Source: Puniceicoccales bacterium (lineage in GTDB: Bacteria; Verrucomicrobiota; Verrucomicrobiia; Opitutales; LL51). Taken from it: a stretch of 64,000 nucleotides of DNA. A model generated the notes under the pieces. That model was given only the letters and a program-made list of their open reading frames with translations, was not told where the DNA came from and searched no databases. The position numbers and the translations under genes are program-made. Location: contig JAISXO010000034.1 of the NCBI GenBank assembly GCA_031270475.1, positions 29,491 through 93,490 on the forward strand, in the 5' to 3' direction. Below are positions 57,608 to 64,000 of the stretch, in pieces. How positions within the stretch are numbered: the stretch's first letter is position 1; each line of letters starts with the position of its first letter.

Positions 57608-58954
57608 TTATTTCCCGACGCAAAATTGATTAAAAATTTTCCCGAGCATTTCTTCGGTACTGTATTGACCCGTGATCTGGCCCAACATTTCCAAAGCCAA
57701 TCGCAAATCACTGGCGCATAGTTCGTAGGATTGTTGATTATCGAGAACATTTTTTGCGGAAGCGATCAAGTCATGAGCCGTTTGAAAAATTTCCCGGTGG
57801 CGCTCGTTAATGGCAATTGTTGTCGCCGTGGGGACGAATTTATTTTCCCGAATTTTTCCTGCAATGGTCGCTTTTAAAACATCAATTCCCATACCGTGTT
57901 TAGCAGAAATGGATATTTGCGAAAAATCTTTCAGTGTCTCCAAAAAGTTTGGTGGTAAATTTTTAGTGAGGTCCATTTTGTTAAAAACAAGAATGCATAC
58001 TTTTTTTTGAAGTTCATTTACGATTATTTCTCCAATAGGAAGGGGCACATTCTGATCCACAATGATGAGGCAAAGATCCGCGGAACGAATGTGCTCGATT
58101 GTTTTTTGAATACCGAGTTGTTCGATAGCGTCATCCGTGGCCCGCAACCCGGCCGTGTCGACAATTTTTATCAAAAAACCTTCAATTGTAATCGTTTCGC
58201 AAATAAAATCGCGGGTCGTTCCCGGAATGTCACTCACCAATGCCCGTTCTTCGTTAAGTAGCGCATTGAGTAAACTACTTTTTCCCGCATTTGGATGCCC
58301 AACAATCACTACCGAAATACCGTGGAGAAGCGTTTTTCGGAATTTGTGACTGTCGATAATTTTTTTAATCTCATTTAATATTTTGTCAAATTTATCTAAA
58401 ATTCCACTGTCAAATTCGAGGTTTTCGTCGACAAAATCAATGCGTGCTTCGATCTCCGCAAGCAACGAAAGTAATCCATCGCTAAAATTAAAAATCTTTT
58501 CACTGAGTGTGCCTTGCAACTGTTTTTGAGAAACTTCAAGCGCACTCTCATGGGTCGCGTGAATGATGTCCAATACCGCTTCCGCTTGGCAAAGATCGAT
58601 TTTGTGGTTTAAATAGGCGCGCTTCGTAAATTCTCCCGGTTCGGCCATGCGGCATCCCGAAAGCTGTAAATCCTCAATAATTAAACGAATAATCAATGGA
58701 TTGCCGTGACAGTCGATTTCCATGGAATCCTCGCCCGTGTAAGAGCGTTCGCCAGAAAAAAATAATAAAATAACTTGATCGAAAACTTTTCCGGAAGTGG
58801 ATCGGTAATTCGCTAAAAATACGGAATGAGTAGCCAGATTCTCTTTCCCAAAATGCCTTCCCATCAGTGTCCGCGTTAAAGGACCACTCACGCGAATCTT
58901 AGCAATGGCCGATACCCCAAACGGCGTGCCTAGGGCGACAATGGTGTCAACCAT
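57608..58954 (-). CDS. mnmE: tRNA modification GTPase MnmE
   Basis: 448 aa. N-terminal DTIVALGTP, G-domain GHPNAGKSSLLN / DTAG, and C-terminal ...CVGK. Confidence 0.95.
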   Translation of the reverse strand: MVDTIVALGTPFGVSAIAKIRVSGPLTRTLMGRHFGKENLATHSVFLANYRSTSGKVFDQVILLFFSGERSYTGEDSMEIDCHGNPLIIRLIIEDLQLSGCRMAEPGEFTKRAYLNHKIDLCQAEAVLDIIHATHESALEVSQKQLQGTLSEKIFNFSDGLLSLLAEIEARIDFVDENLEFDSGILDKFDKILNEIKKIIDSHKFRKTLLHGISVVIVGHPNAGKSSLLNALLNEERALVSDIPGTTRDFICETITIEGFLIKIVDTAGLRATDDAIEQLGIQKTIEHIRSADLCLIIVDQNVPLPIGEIIVNELQKKVCILVFNKMDLTKNLPPNFLETLKDFSQISISAKHGMGIDVLKATIAGKIRENKFVPTATTIAINERHREIFQTAHDLIASAKNVLDNQQSYELCASDLRLALEMLGQITGQYSTEEMLGKIFNQFCVGK

Positions 58955-58960
58955 AGATAA

Positions 58961-59236
58961 TTAACGGGCGGAACGACGCGGTCCAAAACTGTGTATTGGC
59001 GTGTTCTTGTGAACAACCGCGTTCTTTAGCCGAAAGGTAATGCGCGCCCTCTCAAGATCGTGGGGACTCATTTCCATCCGTACGCGATCCCCTACCGCTA
59101 GACGAATGAAATTTTTGCGCAGCTTTCCTGAGATGTGGGCCAATACATGGTGCCCATTTTCAAGCTCCACACGAAACATCGTTCCGGGAAGCACGGCAAA
59201 TACTTTTCCTGTTACTTCATTGCAATCATCGGCCAT
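58961..59236 (-). CDS. infA: translation initiation factor IF-1 with a ~18-aa basic C-terminal extension
   Basis: The internal ATG (59236) gives [46 protein letters not shown]..., the S1-like IF-1 core. Confidence 0.9.
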   Translation of the reverse strand: MADDCNEVTGKVFAVLPGTMFRVELENGHHVLAHISGKLRKNFIRLAVGDRVRMEMSPHDLERARITFRLKNAVVHKNTPIHSFGPRRSAR

Positions 59237-59343
59237 AAATAAAAAAACAATACTTGAATAATATTCCATAGTCTCTAAAAATTTCGTCCCCTTGTCAACA
59301 TTATTCGTAAATTTTTCCGAAAATTGCCAAAGAACTGTTGTTT

Positions 59344-59521
59344 AAAGGCTGCGCGTCCTTAGGATCCGTGAGAGGGAAGCTATTCCCGGAGCTGCCCCGC
59401 GGCGAAGCCGCGGGGGCAGCCAGCCTTCGGCCGAGCCCGGCCCTTCGGGCCGGGCTCGGCCGTCCAATGAGGTCAAGAAGTTGAGACTCCTTGCGGAGGT
59501 CTGGTCTGGGCGGAGCCCTTT
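59344..59521. repeat. GC-rich multi-hairpin element, variant copy C5
   Basis: Hairpins GGGAA-gcta-TTCCC, GCTGCCCCGCGGC-gaa-GCCGCGGGGCAGC (59391-59420), GGCCGAGCCCGGCCC-ttc-GGGCCGGGCTCGGCC (59429-59461) and GACTCC-ttgc-GGAGGTC. Flanked by AAAGGCT...AGCCCTTT. Confidence 0.75.
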
Positions 59522-59600
59522 GGCAACATAAATTCTATCGACTGCCGCAATATTTTCTCGTATTTGGTGGAGGGATTCTAAAAATGCGTCCCTCACAAGG

Positions 59601-60698
59601 GTGAAATTTCTCCATCGGTACATATTGCGGCAATATTTGTTTTATTTAGCGGGATCGGTGTTATTTTTTGACATTGTACTCGTAGTGGGAAACGTCATGA
59701 AAAGCATGATTGATTTTCTAGTGGGCGGAAAATTATCGGTTAGCAATTGTTTTTTTTTAGTAGTGACGCTGATACCTTCGATGATTTCCTATGCACTGCC
59801 CTTTGGTTTTGTAGTAGCGACGCTATTGACATTGGGAGAAATATCTGCGAACAATGAATTAGTTGCGCTCCGGGGTTCAGGAATAGGTCCGTTGAGGATA
59901 TTTTCGTCGATTTTATTTTTGGCGAGTTGTGGTGTTTGGGTATCGCTTGTGATGAATTTTCACTATGCTCCGCTGGCCATTTCCCGTGTTAAAAGTAAGC
60001 TTCAAAACATCATTCGCGAGGAGCCTTTACGTTTTATAACGCCGCAGAAATTCATTCGAGATTTCCCTGGATATATTATTTTTGTGAAAAATTTAAATCA
60101 AAAGTGCCTCAATCATTTTCACATTTGGGAACTCGATGAGCAGGAACATGTTGCGACATATATGCAGGCGAAAACGGGAACATTGGGATACGATGCGCAG
60201 AAAAATGCTCTCGTTTTGACCCTATTGGACGGGACCGTTGAAAAGCAATTGGAGGGGGAAAAGGTCTCACCATTGGTTTATTTTGAAAAGTTTGCGCTCG
60301 ATTTACCATTGGATAATATTTTTAAAGAAGCGCGAATGCAAAAAAAAATTCGCCACATGACATTGCAAGAGATGCTGACATTGCGTCGACAAAGTTTGAA
60401 AGAATCTGAAAAATATATGGATATTCAGGTGGAAATGCAGATGAAAAGTGCCATGGCCTTTGCGATTTTGACGCTCGTATTGGTAACAATTCCACTGGCG
60501 GTGCAACTGGGACGCCGGGAATTGTCGATGAATGTTGCCATTGCCCTATTGCTTTGTTTGGGATATTATTTGGCAATGATGGTGCTATCATTCTTGAAAA
60601 CGCGACCACATCTTCATCCGGATCTCTTGCTTTGGATTCCTAATATTTTACTGCAAATTTTAGGGCTAAAAATGTGTTGGAAGTTGTGTCGCCGTTGA
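59601..60698 (+). CDS. LptF/LptG family LPS export permease
   Basis: 365 aa. N-terminal (M)KFLHRYILRQYL typical of YjgP/YjgQ; the start codon at 59601 is GTG. Three TM segments, a periplasmic domain, then three TM segments. Confidence 0.8.
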   Translation: MKFLHRYILRQYLFYLAGSVLFFDIVLVVGNVMKSMIDFLVGGKLSVSNCFFLVVTLIPSMISYALPFGFVVATLLTLGEISANNELVALRGSGIGPLRIFSSILFLASCGVWVSLVMNFHYAPLAISRVKSKLQNIIREEPLRFITPQKFIRDFPGYIIFVKNLNQKCLNHFHIWELDEQEHVATYMQAKTGTLGYDAQKNALVLTLLDGTVEKQLEGEKVSPLVYFEKFALDLPLDNIFKEARMQKKIRHMTLQEMLTLRRQSLKESEKYMDIQVEMQMKSAMAFAILTLVLVTIPLAVQLGRRELSMNVAIALLLCLGYYLAMMVLSFLKTRPHLHPDLLLWIPNILLQILGLKMCWKLCRR

Positions 60699-60802
60699 AT
60701 GTAATCGAAATTGTAATCCTGTTTTGAAAAGGAAATTATTCTTCGAAAATGTTTTGCAATGGAAATTATTTTTTTATAAATAGCTGTCCATAGTGTGCTA
60801 TT

Positions 60803-61102
60803 ATGGATGATTTGAAGATTTTTTTGGTGACCATTTTTCACAATTCGGAAGAAAATAATGGGAAAGTACATCATGCGCTGAAAATGTTGGGATATAAACG
60901 TTCCTTCGTCCGCGATGGAGAATCCTACGATTTGCCAGATAATATGTTTATTCGTAAAGTTAAGGGCGATAATCCCAGGGAAGTTCAAAACGAAGAAATG
61001 CAGTCGGTTACACTGTTGCTTAAAGAAAAATCCATCGAACATGGCGAGTTGGGGTTCTTCGTCGGCGATGATTGGACCGAAATCGTAAGCGTCGAAGGTT
61101 AA
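60803..61102 (+). CDS. small hypothetical protein (99 aa)
   Basis: Preceded by TTGCAA, 17 nt, TAAATA. Composition looks protein-like, unlike the overlapping antisense ORF. No family recognised. Confidence 0.4.
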   Translation: MDDLKIFLVTIFHNSEENNGKVHHALKMLGYKRSFVRDGESYDLPDNMFIRKVKGDNPREVQNEEMQSVTLLLKEKSIEHGELGFFVGDDWTEIVSVEG

Positions 61103-61126
61103 ATTTATATCGCTGTTCGGCGGGCT

Positions 61127-61214
61127 GGGGCAAAAGCCGCGCGCAAAGCGCGCAAGGCCTGGGGCGAAGCCCCAGGCCTTTCAAGGAGCCTTCGGCTCCT
61201 TGGGCTTTTGCCCC
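61127..61214 (+). repeat. cloverleaf element, copy C6
   Basis: Outer stem GGGGCAAAAGCC / GGCTTTTGCCCC encloses GCGCGC-aaa-GCGCGC, AAGGCCTGGGGC-gaa-GCCCCAGGCCTT and CAAGGAGCC-ttc-GGCTCCTTG. Confidence 0.9.
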
Positions 61215-61272
61215 AAGGTCCATCGCCCGATAAATTCTTGCGAAAATCCGAGGACTTCTTTTACCCTTAGTC

Positions 61273-62364
61273 ATGTTACGGGCAGGAATTGTAGGATTAC
61301 CGAATGTGGGAAAGAGCACATTATTCAACGCATTGACGCGCACTCGCAAGGCTCAGGCGGAGAATTATCCCTTTTGCACCATCGATCCGAACATTGGCGT
61401 TGTCGAAGTCCCCGATGAGCGCCTAGCCATTTTAAAGCCCATTGCCAAGACGGAAAAACTCGTACCGGCGGCGATAGAAATAGTGGACATAGCGGGTCTC
61501 GTAGCGGGGGCGAATCGGGGCGAGGGATTGGGTAATAAATTTCTTGGAAACATTCGAGAGGTCGATGCAATTATACATGTAGTACGCTGTTTTGAGGACG
61601 GCGATATTATTCACAGTTCTGGGGGAATTGATCCGATACGCGACATTGAAATTGTCAATACGGAGCTCATTTTAGCGGACCTACAATCCATAGAAAATCA
61701 GCTCAATAAAAACATCAAAAAATCTCGGGCAAATGATGCGGAAGCGATTCGAGCCGTCGAGTTATTGCAGCATTTGGAGGAGCATCTCAACGGAGGAAAT
61801 CCGGCCAATACCTTGGAAATGGGCGATGAGGAAAAACTTTTATTAAAGTCGTTCAATTTGCTTTCTTCCAAGCCGGTGATTTACGCCTGTAACGTGGCGG
61901 AGGGGGAAATTAGTAATATATTTACGGAGCGGGTCGCAGTCCATGTGCGGTCCATGCATCATGCGGAATGTTGCATCATTTGTGCCCAATTGGAATCGGA
62001 TTTGGTTGATTTTTCCGCGGAGGAAGCGCGGACGTATCTCCTCGATTTGGGGGTTAAAGACAGCGGTGTATCGGATTTAATAGGGGCGACTTACCGTTTA
62101 CTAGGGCTTGCTTCCTATTTTACGGCCGGGGAGATGGAAGTTCACGCGTGGACGTTCAAAGTGGGCATGAAGGCACCCCAATGTGCTGGTATTATCCACG
62201 GCGATTTTGAGCGTGGATTTATTAAGGCGGAGGTGGTGAGCTATGAAGATTTGGTTGCGGCGGGATCGTTTGTTGCGGCAAAGGAAGCGGGTAAATATCG
62301 CCTCGAGGGAAAAGAATATGAAGTTAGGGATGGCGATGTGATTATTTTTCGTTTTAATGGGTAG
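61273..62364 (+). CDS. ychF: redox-regulated ATPase YchF
   Basis: 363 aa. [18 protein letters not shown] and a C-terminal TGS-like domain ending ...[11 protein letters not shown]. Confidence 0.95.
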   Translation: MLRAGIVGLPNVGKSTLFNALTRTRKAQAENYPFCTIDPNIGVVEVPDERLAILKPIAKTEKLVPAAIEIVDIAGLVAGANRGEGLGNKFLGNIREVDAIIHVVRCFEDGDIIHSSGGIDPIRDIEIVNTELILADLQSIENQLNKNIKKSRANDAEAIRAVELLQHLEEHLNGGNPANTLEMGDEEKLLLKSFNLLSSKPVIYACNVAEGEISNIFTERVAVHVRSMHHAECCIICAQLESDLVDFSAEEARTYLLDLGVKDSGVSDLIGATYRLLGLASYFTAGEMEVHAWTFKVGMKAPQCAGIIHGDFERGFIKAEVVSYEDLVAAGSFVAAKEAGKYRLEGKEYEVRDGDVIIFRFNG

Positions 62365-62370
62365 TTGATT

Positions 62371-62457
62371 GGGGCGAAAGCCCAAGGAGCCGAAGGCTCC
62401 TTGAAGGCCTGGGGCTTTGCCCCAGGCCTTGCGCGCTTCGCGCGCGGCTTTTGCCCC
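62371..62457 (-). repeat. cloverleaf element, copy C7 (inverted copy of C6)
   Basis: It is the reverse complement of C6 apart from about 3 differences. Outer stem GGGGCGAAAGCC / GGCTTTTGCCCC (one G-T pair). Starts 7 nt after the ychF stop. Confidence 0.9.
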
Positions 62458-62560
62458 ATTCCGCCCGCACCGCGGCATAATTCAGGGTTCGGATTTGTTT
62501 GTGCCTGGGGTTATTGTGAAAGCAATCAGAGATTTAGTTAGGGCGGGATTATTTGTTAGA

Positions 62561-62663
62561 GCGAGGGAGGCGAACAAATATTGCCTCAAAGGAATATTGC
62601 CTCAGAGGAAAAGAATATGAAGTTAAGGATGGCGATGTAATTATTTTTCCTTTTAATAGATAA
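62561..62663 (+). pseudogene. decayed duplicate of the ychF 3' end abutting the lpxB start
   Basis: 62561-62663 aligns with ychF 62277-62364: ...AAATAT(T/C)GCCTC...GAAAAGAATATGAAGTTA(A/G)GGATGGCGATGT(A/G)ATTATTTTTC(C/G)TTTTAAT... It carries an internal 16-bp duplication and ends 2 nt before the lpxB ATG. Confidence 0.8.
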
Positions 62664-62665
62664 TC

Positions 62666-63817
62666 ATGCAGAAAATCGCATTCAATGAAATCAAGGCAGA
62701 ATACCCCGATTTATTGGTAATTGCCGGTGAATATTCCGGTGATGAACATGGCGCGACGTTTGTGAGAAAATTAAAAGTGCAATGTCCCCGGTATAATATT
62801 TGTGCGATCGGTGGCGATAATTTAGAGGGGACAGGTATCGATTTTTTATTCAATTTGGTAGAATTTTCCGTCGTCGGTATGGCCGAAGTTTTACGCAGCA
62901 TCCAATTTTTTTCGAAATTTTTAAAAAAAACTTGCGACTGGATCGAAAAATATCGCCCAAAAGTCGTTTGCTTTATCGATTTTCCCGGACTCAATTTGCG
63001 CATTGCAAAGGAATTATTTCGTCGAGGTATCAGTTGTAAAGCCGGTGGAAATGTAAAACTTTATCACTATATCAGTCCGCAAATTTGGGCCTGGAAAGCC
63101 AAACGCCGCTTTTTTATTGCAAAATATATCGATGCGCTCGGCACAATTTTCCCTTTCGAAAAAGCATGCTACCACGATACCGACCTCGATGTGCAGTTCC
63201 TAGGCCATCCACTCCTGGATTCTCCGTTGCCCGTTCGCCATTCTTCCCATGGCCCCATTCTCCTTCTGCCCGGTAGTCGAAAAATCGCCGTAAAAAAAAT
63301 CTTCCCCATTATGCTCAACACCGTCAATCAACTTAAAAAAATTGGCGAAATTTGTGAATTGGTCGTTCTTTATCCCGATGAGGATATTTTGGAAGTCTTG
63401 CAAAATATTTACAAGAAATATAAGAATATTTCCCTCTCCTTTGTGCGCAGCGGTTCCTGTACGATTTCGGCGCGTGCGGCGCTGATGAGCTCGGGGACTA
63501 TGGCTCTCAATTGTGCTCTCGCCGGCATTCCCAGCGTCGTCGTTTATAAGGCCAGTACCTTGACCTACGGATTGGCGAAATTGTTGGTTAAGGTGAAATT
63601 TTTACATATCGCCAATATTCTCCTCAATCGGGAGTCGGCGCGGGAATTTTTACAATTTTCGGCAAAACCGAAGTTAATCTGTCATGCGCTGCGCGATTGC
63701 TTGAATGATCCGGAAGTTTTGTCTCAGGCGCAGAAGGATGGGGAAGAATTGAGGCGGTTACTATCGGTTGAATCCCAAAATGATGTGGTATCTTGGATTC
63801 GCGACGCTTTGGTCTAA
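62666..63817 (+). CDS. lpxB: lipid-A-disaccharide synthase
   Basis: 383 aa. LLVIAGEYSGDEHGA N-terminus, ISPQIWAWK, LLPGSR motifs. Confidence 0.9.
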   Translation: MQKIAFNEIKAEYPDLLVIAGEYSGDEHGATFVRKLKVQCPRYNICAIGGDNLEGTGIDFLFNLVEFSVVGMAEVLRSIQFFSKFLKKTCDWIEKYRPKVVCFIDFPGLNLRIAKELFRRGISCKAGGNVKLYHYISPQIWAWKAKRRFFIAKYIDALGTIFPFEKACYHDTDLDVQFLGHPLLDSPLPVRHSSHGPILLLPGSRKIAVKKIFPIMLNTVNQLKKIGEICELVVLYPDEDILEVLQNIYKKYKNISLSFVRSGSCTISARAALMSSGTMALNCALAGIPSVVVYKASTLTYGLAKLLVKVKFLHIANILLNRESAREFLQFSAKPKLICHALRDCLNDPEVLSQAQKDGEELRRLLSVESQNDVVSWIRDALV

Positions 63818-63818
63818 G

Positions 63819-64000
63819 GGGCGGCCTAAGGGCTGTGCGCCATTAGGAATCCGCGCCAGGAGATCCATCTCCTGGACCTGGATAGAGCCCGGCGCGAAGC
63901 GCCGGGCTAAAATAGAAAGAGTCCCCGCGGCTACGCCGCGGGGACTCTTAAAAAGGGGACTCTTGAAAGGAGGTCAAGGAGTCTGGAGTCCTTGTGGGGG
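63819..64000. repeat. GC-rich multi-hairpin element, variant copy C8 (runs to the window edge)
   Basis: Hairpins CCAGGAGAT-cc-ATCTCCTGG (63856-63875), AGCCCGGCGC-gaa-GCGCCGGGCT (63886-63908) and GAGTCCCCGCGG-cta-CGCCGCGGGGACTC (63919-63947). Confidence 0.7.

Noticed and set aside
59342-59623. 93-aa minus-strand ORF, and similar ORFs at 61020..61349(-), 62101..62478(-), 62241..62459(-), 53497..53748(-), 590..784(-) and 42685..42885(-).
   Set aside because: All are open frames created by the stop-poor GC-rich hairpin elements. They are Arg/Pro/Gly/Ala-rich, lack an RBS and overlap real genes or repeats.
60614-61042. 142-aa minus-strand ORF overlapping the 99-aa plus-strand ORF.
   Set aside because: Its composition is Phe/Ile/Asn/Lys-rich and low in complexity, typical of an antisense AT-rich frame, and it overlaps the end of the Lpt permease gene. 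The plus-strand ORF is the more protein-like of the two.

Overview
The window is a gene-dense chromosomal segment of a Gram-negative bacterium, roughly 45% GC by eye. Several prepilin-type N-terminal methylation proteins, one with an H-X9-DG C-terminus, together with autotransporters and lipid A / Lpt genes suggest a PVC-type lineage (Verrucomicrobia/Lentisphaerae-like). That placement is inference only.

Most of the window is housekeeping:
- Translation, RNA and regulation: lepA, rho, cca, gmk, rsmD, rpoN, serS, tyrS, mnmE, infA, ychF, and one tRNA-Leu(UAG).
- Isoprenoid (MEP) pathway: ispG, ispD, ispE.
- Cell wall and envelope: murF, murD, ftsW, lpxD, lpxB, and an Mla/MCE-like ABC set.
- Other metabolism and repair: accC (partial), surE, hemW, acpS, sufS, pyrG, rmuC, recD2.

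I found no transposase, integrase, CRISPR array or recognisable defence operon.

The unusual content is intergenic and falls into three groups:
1. A family of at least 8 GC-rich nested-hairpin 'cloverleaf' elements. Each has a long outer stem, mostly GGGGCAAAAGC...GCTTTTGCCCC, enclosing three short hairpins. Stems differ between copies by compensatory substitutions. Most copies sit at gene 3' ends, and one inverted pair brackets ychF.
2. A promoter-like module present 8 times: A-tract, CTTGACA, 17 nt, -10-like hexamer, 5 nt, then a conserved GTAGAGGGTGGGAGCAAGCGGCAYGTRAAAA. Several copies are orphaned or point at the 3' ends of convergent genes.
3. A high density of short duplications (about 135 to 290 bp) that copy gene termini next to the intact gene. 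Affected genes are rpoN, rmuC (both ends), tyrS, sufS, murF, ychF, a pilin-like gene and a convergent gene pair.

All coordinates, repeat boundaries and identity estimates come from manual reading. No database search was possible.
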